Of a stretch of DNA of 64,000 nucleotides, positions 27,404 through 38,157 are shown in pieces. Numbering within the stretch: the stretch's first letter is position 1; the number at the start of each line of letters is the position of its first letter. The position numbers and the translations under genes were made by a program. The stretch is from Magnetococcales bacterium. Its GTDB lineage: Bacteria; Pseudomonadota; Magnetococcia; Magnetococcales; UBA8363. The notes beneath the pieces are model-generated. The model saw only the letters and a list, made by a program, of their open reading frames with translations, did not search any database and was not told the DNA's origin. The DNA lies in assembly GCA_002753515.1 (NCBI GenBank), contig PEAK01000010.1:17469-81468 (forward strand). The letters run 5' to 3'.

Positions 27404-29146
27404 CTACAGCCCCTTGGTCCGTTTTTGCAAGGCTTCCGGCGAGAGTTCCAGATCCTGTATGACCTCGCCCGTTTCGCCAAGGTAGGGAAGGGTTTTACCG
27501 CCAATCTTCACCTGGATGGCACTGGCACTGCCGAGAATGGCATAAAAGGTTTCCCCTTCTGGAATATGGAACACATGATCCGGCTGCATGACCATGTCCT
27601 TCAAGACGAGACCATCCTTGTCTTGGATTTGCACCCAGACCAATTCTTTGGCGACCAGGGCAACGGAGCGCGGACCGGTGGTAGCTGCCTCGGTGTCATT
27701 GTAGACGGGGACGGGATGGGCATCGATAACCTTTTCCCGCGCCTTGGTTTTGGTGTTACCCGGGGGGCGCGTGCTCGCCGCTGCGGTGACCGGGGCTGTC
27801 TGGGCAACGCGAATTTCCGAGGCGATGGCATCGGCGGTGGGAGGGGTGGTTGCTTTTGGATCCGTAATAGTTGCCTTTGGATCCACGGTGGTTACTTTTG
27901 GATCCACGGTGGTCGCCTTTGGATCCGCAACGGTCGGGCCGGGTTGTGCGGGCAGGCGGTTACGCGGGGCCACCTCGGGGATTTTCGGCATGGGTGTGAC
28001 CACCGCATCGGCTGGCGTTGCCGTGGCCGATAGTGTTGGCCCCTGGGGCGGCGGTAACGCGGCACTCTGTGCTTGCGCGGATGCCGGGGGGGTGGGTGAA
28101 ACGCTGGCGACGGACGGAACACCGGCTGTGGCCGTGGTTGCAGGTGGCACTTTCGACGGAGGGACCGGCGTGGGCAGGGCGGCGGCGGTGGGACCCATTG
28201 GCAGCGGGGTCGCCGCCTCGAGATCATTGGCAACATCCTCCTCTTCAGCCGTATCGGTTACATTGAGATCCCGGTTGGCGGTATCCTCGGGTTCCGCTGG
28301 GGCGGGAGCCGTGGTTTCGGGAACGGGGTTGATGCGATTGGAAGTGCGGCCCCATAAGCTGAAGAAGGAGGTGGATTCCTTTTGTTTCGGTGGCGGTGGT
28401 TCCGGGCTGGCGACCGGGGCAACGGCTTTGGTCTCTTTGACTTCGGGAGCGGGTTTGGCTTTGGCGACCGCAGGAGGGGTGCTGGATGTCGAACCGGCCT
28501 CGGTGAAAACATCGCCCTCGGGAGTGGTCGAGCCCACCTTGAGGGGGGGGGCGGACGGAATGGCGGGGATGGTGATCGCTGGCGTACGGTAGCGTTCATA
28601 AGCCGCGAACCCGCCCGCCAGAGCGGCGATTCCCAAAAATATCAGAAGAAAACCGGGGCGATGACTGGCTTTGGTCGGGGCGGGAAATTTTTCAATCTGC
28701 AATCCCTGGCGTTTTTGCTCCAAGGTTTCCAGAAAGGCTTCAATGGGATCCGTGTCGGCGATATTCAAATGCTTGGCGTACAGGCGCATGAATCCCGCTA
28801 CAAAGGTGATCCCCGGTAACTTGTTGATGGCCCCCTCTTCCAGGGCTTGGAGGTGGATGTCGCGGATGCGGGTGGACGCAGCCAGTTCCGCAATGGAACG
28901 CCCTTGGGATCGACGGGCGTCAGCCAGCAATCTGCCAACATTTTCCGCAGAATTGACGGGCGGTGCCGGTCGGGTATCGGCAGGGGGTTGCGGAACGACC
29001 ACCTCCTCGGGGGGAGGGGGTGGGGGGGCCGGTGTGGAGAATTGCGGTTGGTGATAGTCGGTTTTTCGGACAACGGCCGCTGCCGGTTTGTTGCTGCGGT
29101 TGCCACCACCTCTGTTGACCAGGTTGAGTCGGGGTTTTTTGATCAT
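27404..29146 (-). CDS. rodZ: RodZ-like cytoskeleton protein (HTH, TM segment, long Pro/Ala/Thr-rich region, C-terminal DUF4115-like domain)
   Basis: It has an N-terminal HTH ([33 protein letters not shown]) and a TM segment ([19 protein letters not shown]). It sits in the conserved position upstream of ispG. Confidence 0.8.
   Translation of the reverse strand: MIKKPRLNLVNRGGGNRSNKPAAAVVRKTDYHQPQFSTPAPPPPPPEEVVVPQPPADTRPAPPVNSAENVGRLLADARRSQGRSIAELAASTRIRDIHLQALEEGAINKLPGITFVAGFMRLYAKHLNIADTDPIEAFLETLEQKRQGLQIEKFPAPTKASHRPGFLLIFLGIAALAGGFAAYERYRTPAITIPAIPSAPPLKVGSTTPEGDVFTEAGSTSSTPPAVAKAKPAPEVKETKAVAPVASPEPPPPKQKESTSFFSLWGRTSNRINPVPETTAPAPAEPEDTANRDLNVTDTAEEEDVANDLEAATPLPMGPTAAALPTPVPPSKVPPATTATAGVPSVASVSPTPPASAQAQSAALPPPQGPTLSATATPADAVVTPMPKIPEVAPRNRLPAQPGPTVADPKATTVDPKVTTVDPKATITDPKATTPPTADAIASEIRVAQTAPVTAAASTRPPGNTKTKAREKVIDAHPVPVYNDTEAATTGPRSVALVAKELVWVQIQDKDGLVLKDMVMQPDHVFHIPEGETFYAILGSASAIQVKIGGKTLPYLGETGEVIQDLELSPEALQKRTKGL
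27848..27931. repeat. 4 x 21-bp in-frame tandem repeat inside rodZ
   Basis: The units are ggttgcttttggatccgtaat, agttgcctttggatccacggt, ggttacttttggatccacggt and ggtcgcctttggatccgcaac. They encode [28 protein letters not shown]. Confidence 0.9.
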
Positions 29147-29919
29147 GGTTGTTCAGTGTCCAATAGGCGCTCGCGGGCACGCTGGGCTGCAGGATGTTCC
29201 GGATTGGATTGCACCAGACGCTTGAAAATGGCGCGGGCCTGATCCTTCCTGCCAAGAGTGATCAGGTTTTGTCCAAGTCTTTCCAGGATGTCACCGTTCT
29301 CTGGATCCAACAAGACGATCTTCTCCAGATGGTTGCGTTCCATCTCGGGTTGGCCGGTCTTATTATAGAACGTGGCCAGTACCAGATGGGAGGGAATATG
29401 AGAAGGATCGAAGTGAATGGCTTGTTGCAGGGCCGTGACCATGATGTCCGGCTGGTTTTTACGTTGGTGGACCAGTGCCAGGTTGTACCAGGCACTGGCC
29501 TGATTACGGAATTCCCGGGATTGGGTGACCCGGGTCAGGGTATCCTGCGCCTGATCCAGTAACCCTTCGTCAAGCTGGGCCACGCCGAGATTGTGCAGGA
29601 TGCTGGGATCATCGGGTTTGATCGTGTGTGCCTTTTGCAGGGCTTCCAGGGCGGCACGGGATTGTCCCAGCTTGGAATAGACCGTGGCGATGACCAGAAG
29701 GAGGTCGGGATTGTCGGGATGAATGCGCTGGGCTTCTTGTAACGCGGTCAGGGCCAACTGGGGTTTGTCTCGTTCCAGATAAGCCTGCCCTTTGGTCAAA
29801 AATGCCTGGAATTCCGGGTCCTTGTCTTGTTCCTGGGCGGTGCCCGCGCAGCCGCACACCAGTCCAGCCGCCAAGACGGGGACCAAGACCGGGGAACTGG
29901 AATGCTTGCGTGGTATCAT
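29143..29919 (-). CDS. TPR lipoprotein, PilW/PilF-like
   Basis: 258 aa with a lipobox (AAGLVCGC) and multiple TPR repeats. Its ends overlap rodZ and nadE by ATGA. Confidence 0.7.
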   Translation of the reverse strand: MIPRKHSSSPVLVPVLAAGLVCGCAGTAQEQDKDPEFQAFLTKGQAYLERDKPQLALTALQEAQRIHPDNPDLLLVIATVYSKLGQSRAALEALQKAHTIKPDDPSILHNLGVAQLDEGLLDQAQDTLTRVTQSREFRNQASAWYNLALVHQRKNQPDIMVTALQQAIHFDPSHIPSHLVLATFYNKTGQPEMERNHLEKIVLLDPENGDILERLGQNLITLGRKDQARAIFKRLVQSNPEHPAAQRARERLLDTEQP

Positions 29920-31565
29920 GACACCTTGAATCCGTTGGTGATGGGATAACGCCGGTCTTTGCCAAAGGCTCGACGGGTGACCCGGACCCCGGGCGGGGAT
30001 TGTCGCCGCTTGTATTCGTTACGGTCAACCATGCCGATGACCCGGAGGGCGGTGTCCCGGTCAATACCCCGGGCGATGATCTCATCGAGTCCCTTCTCCT
30101 GCTCGACGTAGAGTTCCAAAATGCGGTCCAGTACGGGGTAGGGGGGGAGGGAGTCGGTGTCTTTCTGGTTCAGCTTCAATTCGGCTGTGGGTGGCTTTTC
30201 GAGGATGCGTTGCGGAATGGGGGGCTGCAATCCCTGCTCCTCGGCCCAGCGGTTGCGTTCCCGGGCCAGCAGGTACACGGTCTCCTTGAGGAGGTCCTTG
30301 AGAACTGAGAAACCGCCCGCCATGTCACCGTAGAGCGTGGCATAGCCAACGCTCACCTCGCTTTTGTTGCCGGTGGTGACCAGGAGCGACCCTTTTTTGT
30401 TGGACAAGGCCATCAGCAGGGTGGCACGAATACGCGGTTGTATGTTTTCTTCGGTGACGTCCTCTTTGAGTCCGGCGAACAAAGGCGCCAGTTGGGTGCG
30501 AAAGCTTTCAAACAAGGGGGTGATGGCAACGGTGTTCAGGGTGACCCCCATGCGTCCGGCCCCTTCCGCAGCATCTTCCAGGCTGTCTTGCGAGGTGAAG
30601 GGGGAGGGCATCATCAAGGCTTCGACACGATCACTGCCCAAGGCATCGGCACAGATGACGAGGGTCAGGGCGGAATCGATGCCGCCGGAAAGGCCGAGAA
30701 CCACCCCCTTGAAACGATTCTTGGTCACGTAATCGCGAATGCCCAGACAGAGGGCCTGGTAGATTTCCGCCGCGTGATCCGGGACAGGGGTGACCGGTCC
30801 GTTGATGAATTGGACGGGTCCCCCAGGCTGGCGCTGCATCCGTACCAGGGCGATGGATTCTTTCATGAGGGGTTCGCGCTGGGCGATCCGGCCGTCGGCG
30901 TTGATGGCGAAGGAGCCGCCGTCGAACACCAGTTCGTCCTGCCCACCCACCAGGTTGACGTAGAGCAAGGGCAAGCCGCATTCCATGACCCGCTCCCGAG
31001 CCACGGCTTCGCGCTCCAACTGTTTGCCGACATGGTACGGGGAGGCGTTCAGGTGGAGGATGAAGGAGGCACCGGCTCGTGTCAGTTTGGGCAGTGGTCC
31101 CCCCGGGTGCCAGATGTCTTCGCAAATGGTGATGCCGAAGGGAAAGCCCTTGTAGGGAAAAACACGGATGGTTTTCGCGGGGACGAAATAGCGCAGTTCA
31201 TCGAAAACGCCATAGTTGGGCAAGCGGCGTTTGCCGATGAACCCGGTTGCCATTCCGTTTTGCACGAAGACGCCGGCATTGAGGAGTCCCCTGGCATCGC
31301 GACGTACCGAGCCATAAACGGCATCGATGCCAATGGCACCGAGGTTTTTGTGCAATTGCAGTTCGGTTTGTGCCAGTTGATCCAGAAACAAAGGTTTATG
31401 CAGGAGATCTTCGGGGGGGTAACCGGTGAGGACCAGTTCCGGGAAGACTACCAGGTCGGCTCCGAGCTTGCGGGCTTCGCGCGCGGCCGAGGTCATGCGT
31501 TCCAGATTTTCGTCCAGGGCACCAACATGGGTGTCAATCTGGGCCAGGGCTAGGGATAGTTCCAT
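29916..31565 (-). CDS. nadE: Glutamine-dependent NAD+ synthetase NadE
   Basis: It has an N-terminal CN-hydrolase domain (LALAQIDTHVG..., FPELVLTGYPPEDL) and a NAD synthase domain (GVVLGLSGGIDSAL). I chose the ATG at 31565 (MELSLA); the ORF track extends to 31691. Confidence 0.9.
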   Translation of the reverse strand: MELSLALAQIDTHVGALDENLERMTSAAREARKLGADLVVFPELVLTGYPPEDLLHKPLFLDQLAQTELQLHKNLGAIGIDAVYGSVRRDARGLLNAGVFVQNGMATGFIGKRRLPNYGVFDELRYFVPAKTIRVFPYKGFPFGITICEDIWHPGGPLPKLTRAGASFILHLNASPYHVGKQLEREAVARERVMECGLPLLYVNLVGGQDELVFDGGSFAINADGRIAQREPLMKESIALVRMQRQPGGPVQFINGPVTPVPDHAAEIYQALCLGIRDYVTKNRFKGVVLGLSGGIDSALTLVICADALGSDRVEALMMPSPFTSQDSLEDAAEGAGRMGVTLNTVAITPLFESFRTQLAPLFAGLKEDVTEENIQPRIRATLLMALSNKKGSLLVTTGNKSEVSVGYATLYGDMAGGFSVLKDLLKETVYLLARERNRWAEEQGLQPPIPQRILEKPPTAELKLNQKDTDSLPPYPVLDRILELYVEQEKGLDEIIARGIDRDTALRVIGMVDRNEYKRRQSPPGVRVTRRAFGKDRRYPITNGFKVS

Positions 31566-31779
31566 GAAGGTTACCGAATAATGGGCTAAAAATTTCCAAC
31601 CGCCCCATTTTACGGCAAACCATGACAAATTCAATGCATTGCGGCAGGATGGTTTGCGATAACGGATTGACGGGGCCGTATACCCAGGCATTCAATGGAA
31701 AATCCTTCTGAAGAAGAAATTGGGTGTCCGGGGATGGGTGCGGACTTACGATGACATTCTGGCAATCAAGGTGAAAACG

Positions 31780-32862
31780 ATGGATCCCATGTCTTTGGTA
31801 CGGGCAAGTGTGGCCAACATGTCGGGGTATGTCCCGGGGGAGCAACCTGCACAGAGGCCCGATTTGGTGAAACTCAACACCAATGAAAATCCCCGGGAAC
31901 CGCCACCCCGGGTCGTGCAGGAGCTGATCGCGGCGCTGCCCGCCATCAACTTGCGGCGCTATCCCGATCCCGGGGCGCGTTTGGTTCGGGAGTGGGCGGC
32001 CAAGGTCTATGGCCATGGTTTGACCCCGGAACAGGTCATTGTCGGCAATGGCTCGGATGATCTGTTGACCATGATCCTGCGGACATTTGTGGATCCGGGG
32101 GAATGGGTGGTGGCACCGGGACCAACGTATTCCCTGTATGAGGCCCTGACGCAACTCCAGGGGGGGCGGTATCGGGAGGTGCCGTGGCATGGGGATGGGG
32201 GATTGCCGGTTGCCGAACTGGTGGCAACCCGTGCCAAGGTCGTTTTTGTCGTGCGTCCCAATGCCCCGACCGGGCATGTGGTGGCCCTGGAGGAGGTGGC
32301 CCATCTGTGTCGTGAATTTCAGGGCATGGTCATACTGGATGAAGCCTATGTTGATTTCGCCGCCGATCATGGATTGGGTCTGCTGGCGCATCATGCCAAT
32401 TTGATGATCACCCGTACCTTTTCCAAATCCATGGCGATGGCCTCGTTGCGCATCGGCCTGGGTTTCGTGCATGCCCCGCAGTTGCTGGCGGAACTCCATA
32501 AAGTGAGGGATTCCTACAATATCAATGCGTTCTCGCAACTGGCGGCGCGCATCGCCCTGGAACACCATGCCGACTATCAACCGATCTGGATGGAAATACG
32601 CCGGCAGCGTGCGCGCTTGACGGAGCATCTGCGCCAACGTGGTTTCACCATGCCCGACAGCCAGGCCAATTTCATCCTGGCCCGGGTGCCCGAAGCGGGA
32701 CCGCAGGCGTCGTGGTGGTTTGAGCAATTGAAGGATCGGGGCATCCATGTCCGTTATTTCCCCCGGGATCCGCGCTTGTCCGACAAGTTGCGCATCACCA
32801 TCGGAACGGCGGGGGAATTGGATCGTTTCCTGGCCGTTATTGATGAACTCGGAGTCTCATGA
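31780..32862 (+). CDS. hisC: Histidinol-phosphate aminotransferase
   Basis: It has the motifs KLNTNENP and GNGSDDLL and the PLP lysine context TRTFSKSMAMASLRIG. The ATG at 31780 has an aaggtg RBS. Confidence 0.85.
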   Translation: MDPMSLVRASVANMSGYVPGEQPAQRPDLVKLNTNENPREPPPRVVQELIAALPAINLRRYPDPGARLVREWAAKVYGHGLTPEQVIVGNGSDDLLTMILRTFVDPGEWVVAPGPTYSLYEALTQLQGGRYREVPWHGDGGLPVAELVATRAKVVFVVRPNAPTGHVVALEEVAHLCREFQGMVILDEAYVDFAADHGLGLLAHHANLMITRTFSKSMAMASLRIGLGFVHAPQLLAELHKVRDSYNINAFSQLAARIALEHHADYQPIWMEIRRQRARLTEHLRQRGFTMPDSQANFILARVPEAGPQASWWFEQLKDRGIHVRYFPRDPRLSDKLRITIGTAGELDRFLAVIDELGVS

Positions 32863-32936
32863 ATTATTACAACAACCGGAAAATGGAGATTTTTTTCAGT
32901 GGTGAAAAAATTGTCTGTTTTGGCGTAATTAATAAC

Positions 32937-32965
32937 TTGTCAAGTGGCGGGAATCTGTTTATAAA
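32937..32965 (+). promoter_or_regulatory. Sigma70-type promoter candidate in the AT-rich region upstream of pckG
   Basis: TTGTCA (32937-32942), a 17-nt spacer, then TATAAA (32960-32965). This would give a leader of about 220 nt before the pckG ATG. Confidence 0.45.
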
Positions 32966-33190
32966 CGTCCCTGGTCTGAACAAAAGGGAAACAAATTACG
33001 GGATGTTTTTGTTAATTCCCCGGTGGCGAGGCTCACGTGGTTGAAGTCACACGTATAGTTCGCATGGCGCACCCTTGAGAATCGTGGAGGGGGCCGTTCA
33101 GGTCGTGTTTCTTTTGTCGAATTGTCGAATAAAGACCCGTCGAAAAAGACCCTTTGGTAGAACACTAAAAAATTAAGGAGAGAGTCTATT

Positions 33191-34969
33191 ATGAGTCCAA
33201 GCCAGAACAGCAAGCTGAATGCCTGGGTTGAGGAAATCCGCGCCATGGTTCAACCCGACAAGGTGGAATGGTGTGACGGATCCAAGGCCGAATACGACCG
33301 CATGCTGCAAATTTTGGTCGAAGCCGGATTGGCCACCAAACTTGCCAAACGCCCCAACAGTTTTCTGTTTCGTTCCGATCCCTCCGATGTGGCCCGTGTG
33401 GAAGACCGGACCTACATTGCCACGAAGAACAAGCGCAATGCCGGTCCTACCAACAATTGGATCGACCCTGAAGAACTCAAAACCACCATGCGCGGCCTGT
33501 ACAATGGGTGCATGAAGGGGCGTACCATGTACGTGATCCCTTTCTCCATGGGTCCTATCGGTTCGGACATCGCCAAGATTGGTGTTCAGATCACCGACAG
33601 CGCCTACGTGGTTGCCAACATGCATATCATGACCCGTGTCGGTACCCGGGTGCTGGACATTTTGGGTGCCAATGGTCAGTTCATCCCTTGCTTGCACTCG
33701 GTCGGCAAGCCGTTGCAGCCCGGTCAGAAGGACAACGGTGTTTGGCCCTGCGCCCCCATTGAGAAAAAATACATCGCCCATTTCCCCGAGGAAAATCTGA
33801 TCTGGTCGTATGGTTCGGGTTACGGCGGCAACGCATTGCTGGGCAAAAAGTGTCTGGCGCTGCGTATCGCTTCCGCCATGGCTCACAAAGAAGGGTGGAT
33901 GGCGGAGCACATGCTGATCCTGCGCCTGACCAATCCCGAAGGGCGGAGGTTCCACATCGCCGCCGCCTTCCCCAGCGCCTGCGGTAAAACCAACTTGGCC
34001 ATGCTGCAACCCCCCATCAAAGGTTGGAAAGCGGAATGTCTGGGTGACGACATCGCCTGGATGAAGATCAAGTCGGATGGACGTCTGTATGCCATCAATC
34101 CGGAAGCGGGCTTTTTCGGCGTGGCCCCGGGAACCAGCTACAAGTCCAATCCCATGGCCATGGACTCCATGAAAGAGAATGCCATCTTCACCAACTGCGT
34201 GCTGACCGACGATGGCGACGTGTGGTGGGAAGATATGGACAAGCCGTGCGATCACGGTATCGACTGGAAGGGTCGCGACTGGAAACCGGGCAAGGAAGCC
34301 GGTGCCCACGGCAATGCGCGTTTCACCGCCCCTGCCAAGCAATGCCCGGTGATCTGTTCCGATTGGGAAAATCCGGAAGGGGTGCCCATCGATATCTTCA
34401 TTTTCGGCGGACGCCGTACCAAAGTCATGCCGTTGGTGCATCAATCCCGTAGCTGGGACCACGGGGTGTTCATGGGTGCCACGGCAGCTTCCGAACCGAC
34501 AGCCGCCGCCCTCGACGCCTCGGCTGCCCTGCGTCGCGACCCGATGGCCATGTTGCCTTTCTGCGGCTACAACGTTGGCGACTATTGGCAACATTGGTTC
34601 GAGATGGGTGACCGCCTGGGCGACAAGGCTCCGAAAATCTTCTACGTCAACTGGTTCCGCAAGAGCGATGCCGGCAAATTCTTGTGGCCCGGTTACGGAG
34701 ACAACGCCCGTGTCCTCAAGTGGATGTGCGAGCGCGTTGAAGGCAAAGTCGGTGCTGTTGAGACCCCGTTGGGATTCATGCCCAAAGCCGGTGATCTGGA
34801 CCTCACCGGTTTGGATATCCCCAAGGAAAATCTCGAGCAGGTTCTCAAGGTGGACAACGCCGCCTTCAAGGCGGAGTTTGCCGACCTTGACGGTTGGATG
34901 GCGAAAATCGGTGAATATCTGCCCGAACGCATGAAAAAGCAGGTTGCTGAGTACAAGAGCCGTTTCTAG
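33191..34969 (+). CDS. pckG: Phosphoenolpyruvate carboxykinase (GTP)
   Basis: 592 aa of the GTP-type PEPCK family ([33 protein letters not shown]). A strong RBS (aaggagag) precedes the ATG. Confidence 0.95.
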   Translation: MSPSQNSKLNAWVEEIRAMVQPDKVEWCDGSKAEYDRMLQILVEAGLATKLAKRPNSFLFRSDPSDVARVEDRTYIATKNKRNAGPTNNWIDPEELKTTMRGLYNGCMKGRTMYVIPFSMGPIGSDIAKIGVQITDSAYVVANMHIMTRVGTRVLDILGANGQFIPCLHSVGKPLQPGQKDNGVWPCAPIEKKYIAHFPEENLIWSYGSGYGGNALLGKKCLALRIASAMAHKEGWMAEHMLILRLTNPEGRRFHIAAAFPSACGKTNLAMLQPPIKGWKAECLGDDIAWMKIKSDGRLYAINPEAGFFGVAPGTSYKSNPMAMDSMKENAIFTNCVLTDDGDVWWEDMDKPCDHGIDWKGRDWKPGKEAGAHGNARFTAPAKQCPVICSDWENPEGVPIDIFIFGGRRTKVMPLVHQSRSWDHGVFMGATAASEPTAAALDASAALRRDPMAMLPFCGYNVGDYWQHWFEMGDRLGDKAPKIFYVNWFRKSDAGKFLWPGYGDNARVLKWMCERVEGKVGAVETPLGFMPKAGDLDLTGLDIPKENLEQVLKVDNAAFKAEFADLDGWMAKIGEYLPERMKKQVAEYKSRF

Positions 34970-35043
34970 AACCTGTTTGCATTGGGACGACCCCTGTCCG
35001 CAGTGTTTGGGATGGGTTGCAGGTAGCAGCACTCTTTAAATTC

Positions 35044-35077
35044 AATCCGGGGGTTCAGGCCCCCGGATTCTTTCTTG
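35044..35077 (+). terminator. Rho-independent terminator after pckG
   Basis: The stem aatccggggg / cccccggatt has a 6-nt loop and is followed by ctttctt. Confidence 0.75.
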
Positions 35078-35154
35078 AAGGGGTGGGCAGCGGGTGTCGT
35101 TTCCATTTTTTACGATGGCACATTTTTGATTGGCTTAAGTCACAGGAGGAAGAG

Positions 35155-35586
35155 ATGGCTGTTGAGCGTACTTTGTCGATGATCAAGCCCGATGGTGTGG
35201 CCAAGAATGTGATTGGTGAGATTTACGCCCGTTTCGAGAAAGCGGGTTTGCGTATCGTGGCTGCCAAAATGTTGCACCTGACCCGGGAACGTGCCGGTGA
35301 GTTTTATGAGGTACATCGGGGCAAAAAGTTTTTTGACGAGTTGGTGGCCTACATGAGTTCCGGTCCCATCATGGTGCAAATCCTTGAGGGCGAGGATGCC
35401 ATCAAGAAAAATCGTGATGTGATGGGTGCAACCGATCCCAAAAAAGCGGCTCCCGGGACGATTCGTGCCGATTTCGCTTCCGATATCAGTGAAAATGCGG
35501 TTCATGGCTCCGATGCCCCGGAAACGGCGGCGGTTGAGATCGCGTTCTTCTTTTCGGCGCTGGAGCGCTGGCCCCGGACCCGTTAA
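35155..35586 (+). CDS. ndk: Nucleoside diphosphate kinase
   Basis: 143 aa: [15 protein letters not shown]...NAVHGSD. The RBS aggaggaag precedes the ATG at 35155. Confidence 0.95.
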   Translation: MAVERTLSMIKPDGVAKNVIGEIYARFEKAGLRIVAAKMLHLTRERAGEFYEVHRGKKFFDELVAYMSSGPIMVQILEGEDAIKKNRDVMGATDPKKAAPGTIRADFASDISENAVHGSDAPETAAVEIAFFFSALERWPRTR

Positions 35587-35614
35587 TGGGATGGGGGGGT
35601 GTGGATGGCAACTT

Positions 35615-35666
35615 GCCCGGGGTAACGTACACGATTCAGTGTCGTTACCCCGGGCGTTGTTTTTTC
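35615..35666 (+). terminator. Rho-independent terminator after ndk
   Basis: A 13-bp stem (gcccggggtaacg / cgttaccccgggc) has a 15-nt loop and is followed by gttgttttttc. Confidence 0.85.
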
Positions 35667-35685
35667 TGGTGCGACAGGTTTTCCT

Positions 35686-35895
35686 ATGAAGCCCTACGAT
35701 CAACAACCATGGCGTCTCCTCGAAGCCCTGGAGGGTGACGAGTATGCGACTGGGGATACCTGGAGAAAACGGGTCCAATTCCAGGATATGACCCTGTTGT
35801 TGGTACAAAAGGGGGCGTGGTGCGGCGTGCGACAGGATGTGTATCTCCTTGAAAACGATGCAGAAAAAAATGATTGGCAAACATGTGTCCCATGA
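35686..35895 (+). CDS. Small hypothetical protein (69 aa)
   Basis: The ORF starts 20 nt after the ndk terminator. It has no recognisable motif and a weak RBS. Confidence 0.3.
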   Translation: MKPYDQQPWRLLEALEGDEYATGDTWRKRVQFQDMTLLLVQKGAWCGVRQDVYLLENDAEKNDWQTCVP

Positions 35896-36023
35896 TGCCT
35901 GGAAGGGGTTGGTCCGAGCTGGTCTGTAACCCGCAATAATTGGCATGAAACTGGCATTAATTATCTGGAACAGGGCGGCATGGTTGTGTTGCCGAGGCTT
36001 AACACCAGATAATCGGACCGCAT

Positions 36024-36872
36024 ATGATCAAGATCGAAATTATTGGACCCAATGGGGAAAATCTGCTGAGCGGCACCTTGATGCAAAAGGTGAAAAGGCT
36101 GGGATTGCCAACGGTGGGTTTGGTGGGAGGGATGATTCTTTCCTTCTTTTTGGCAAGTTCTTTGGTGACGGACCGGACCGATTCATCGGTCAAAGTGGCC
36201 AAAGTGGCCCAGGACAAACACGTCGATACCTTCAAGGCGGGCGTGGATTACTCCCTGCCAACCATGAATCGGGATGGGGCCGCCGGGGCGTCAACAGTGG
36301 TCGCCAAACTGGAGCAAACAACACCTTCCAAGGAGGACGTTGCTGCCAAGTCCGATGCGGGTAAAGGTGCTGTAGAACAGAAAAAAATGTATGGCAACCT
36401 GGTCTCCGAGACCCATGCCAAAGAATTGGTGGCCAAAGGAGCGGCGGCCAATGGCAAAAAGATCGATCAACAAGCCAATGCCCGGGATGCGGCCGATCCC
36501 ATGTTGGATGAGCGCATTCAAGCCGCCCGGGAATGGTTGACCGCCAATAACGGGGACGGATCCTTCAGTATCCAATTGATGTCGGTTCGCCGTTCGAGCC
36601 TGGGTGGGCTGAAAGAATACCTGGCCAAGGCCAACCTGGGGCTGTCAGAGGATAAATTGTATGCGTTCCCCTTCGCCAAGGATCGCCTGTTGCTCTACTA
36701 CGGTCGGTATGCCACCTACAGTGAGGCGACTCAGGCCATTGCTTCCCTACCCGCCAGTATTCGCAGCCAAAAGCCGTTCGTTTTGTCCGGCAAGGAAATT
36801 CATGGCAAATTGGCCCATCTGAACAAGACTTCCGGTAAGAAGGATGGCCTGGTGGCGGCCCTGAAACCGTAA
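36024..36872 (+). CDS. Membrane-anchored SPOR-domain-like protein
   Basis: It has a TM segment (LPTVGLVGGMILSFFLASSLV). The C-terminal region of about 80 aa resembles SPOR (FSIQLMSVRRSSLGGLKEYL...LLLYYGRYATYSEATQAIASLP). Confidence 0.6.
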   Translation: MIKIEIIGPNGENLLSGTLMQKVKRLGLPTVGLVGGMILSFFLASSLVTDRTDSSVKVAKVAQDKHVDTFKAGVDYSLPTMNRDGAAGASTVVAKLEQTTPSKEDVAAKSDAGKGAVEQKKMYGNLVSETHAKELVAKGAAANGKKIDQQANARDAADPMLDERIQAAREWLTANNGDGSFSIQLMSVRRSSLGGLKEYLAKANLGLSEDKLYAFPFAKDRLLLYYGRYATYSEATQAIASLPASIRSQKPFVLSGKEIHGKLAHLNKTSGKKDGLVAALKP

Positions 36873-37600
36873 TGAAGGGAATGGGTGCGATGGGTTCCAC
36901 GGTGGTGACGGTGATTTGGCGGTTCGGAATCGTACTCGTCGTTTATGGCTGGCTGGGGTGTGTTCCGGGCTGGGCGGGTACGTTTCACCAGGCGGCCTTT
37001 CAGGGTCGCCTGGAGACGGTGAAGCGGTTGATCACCGAAAAAAAGAACGATGTCAATGAAGCGGATGGTTTCGGTTCCACCCCCTTGCATCATGCGGCCA
37101 TGGGGGGGAAAACGGAGATGGTCAACTGGTTGCTGAGTCATGGTGCCCAGATGGAAGCTCGGGATGCCGGGGGGTACTCGCCATTGGTATTGGCTCTGCG
37201 GAATGGCAAGACGGAAGTCGCCAAACTATTGGTCAAGGCGGGGGCGGATATCGGGGTGTTGGATAATCTGGGGGGGAGTATGCTTGCAAGTGCGGCATAT
37301 CTTGGCGATAGCGATCTGATTGAGATGATTTTGGATCGTGGCACGGATGTCAATCATGCCAATGAGTTGGGATTAGCCCCCCTGCACTTGGCAACTTTGG
37401 CCAACTCCAAGAAAATCATGAAATTGTTGCTTGGCCATGGTGCCGATGCCAATGCCAAGGACAAGTCGGGCGAAACGCCCCTCAACAAGGTCAAGGATGA
37501 AGAGGCGCGGCAGCTTCTCAGGCAACATGGTGCCCGTCTGGAAAAAAATCGTGACGATGCACTGGTGGAGCAGCCAGCTCCCAAGGGGACGGAAGAATGA
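36872..37600 (+). CDS. Ankyrin-repeat protein with an N-terminal signal/lipoprotein-like segment
   Basis: It has several ANK repeats (GSTPLHHAAMGGKTEMVNWLLSHGA, GYSPLVLALRNGKTEVAKLLVKAGAD, LAPLHLATLANSKKIMKLLLGHGAD). It overlaps the upstream stop (TAATG). Confidence 0.8.
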   Translation: MKGMGAMGSTVVTVIWRFGIVLVVYGWLGCVPGWAGTFHQAAFQGRLETVKRLITEKKNDVNEADGFGSTPLHHAAMGGKTEMVNWLLSHGAQMEARDAGGYSPLVLALRNGKTEVAKLLVKAGADIGVLDNLGGSMLASAAYLGDSDLIEMILDRGTDVNHANELGLAPLHLATLANSKKIMKLLLGHGADANAKDKSGETPLNKVKDEEARQLLRQHGARLEKNRDDALVEQPAPKGTEE

Positions 37601-38157
37601 TGGCCATGGCGGAATCTACAAAATCGCTCGTATCCCCGGTTCCTGGCAGTGGATCAGGGGTGCCGGGGTTCCACGAACTGGATGAAGGGGACTATGTGAC
37701 CACATTGGCAACGTTTGCCGAGTGGGGAGACCCCAAAGCACAACATGATCTGGCAGCACTCTATCTGGAAGGGCGAGAGGTCGAGCAAAATTTTGCCGAG
37801 GCCCTCAAGTGGCATACCTTGGCTGCCGAACAAGGCATGCCCTTGTCGCAACATGATCTGGCAACCATGTATCTGGAAGGGCTGGGCGTCATTCCCGATC
37901 CCGAAATGGCCTATGCCTGGTTCTTGAAAGCGGCCTTGCAAAATGATGGCAAGGCTCAGAATAACCTGGGGATCCTCTATGCCACCGGCCAGGGTGTGGC
38001 TGAGGATATCGTTGAGGCGGCCAAATGGTTTTTACTGGCCCAAAGCCGGGGTATGAGCGATGCCGAAGAAAATTTGGCTATCGCCAGGGAAGAGATGACC
38101 CCGGAACAATGGCAGGAGGCCCAAACCCGTGCCCAATCCTGGCAGGGGGGGGCATGA
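37597..38157 (+). CDS. Sel1-repeat (TPR-like) protein
   Basis: It has four Sel1 units (AQHDLAALYLEG, SQHDLATMYLEG, AQNNLGILYATGQG ... AAKWFLLAQSRG). It overlaps the ankyrin gene by ATGA. Confidence 0.8.
   Translation: MMAMAESTKSLVSPVPGSGSGVPGFHELDEGDYVTTLATFAEWGDPKAQHDLAALYLEGREVEQNFAEALKWHTLAAEQGMPLSQHDLATMYLEGLGVIPDPEMAYAWFLKAALQNDGKAQNNLGILYATGQGVAEDIVEAAKWFLLAQSRGMSDAEENLAIAREEMTPEQWQEAQTRAQSWQGGA

Noticed and set aside
26307-27485. 392-aa plus-strand ORF opposite ispG. Similar long antisense ORFs occur at 30438-31553, 31534-32748, 42405-43328 and 59976-61124.
   Set aside because: All lie antisense to confidently identified enzymes (ispG, nadE, hisC, carbamoyltransferase, dapE). They have Gly/Arg/His/Asp-rich shadow-frame composition.
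33173-35032. 619-aa minus-strand ORF opposite pckG
   Set aside because: The plus frame is an unmistakable GTP-PEPCK with a strong RBS. The antisense translation has no domain-like features.
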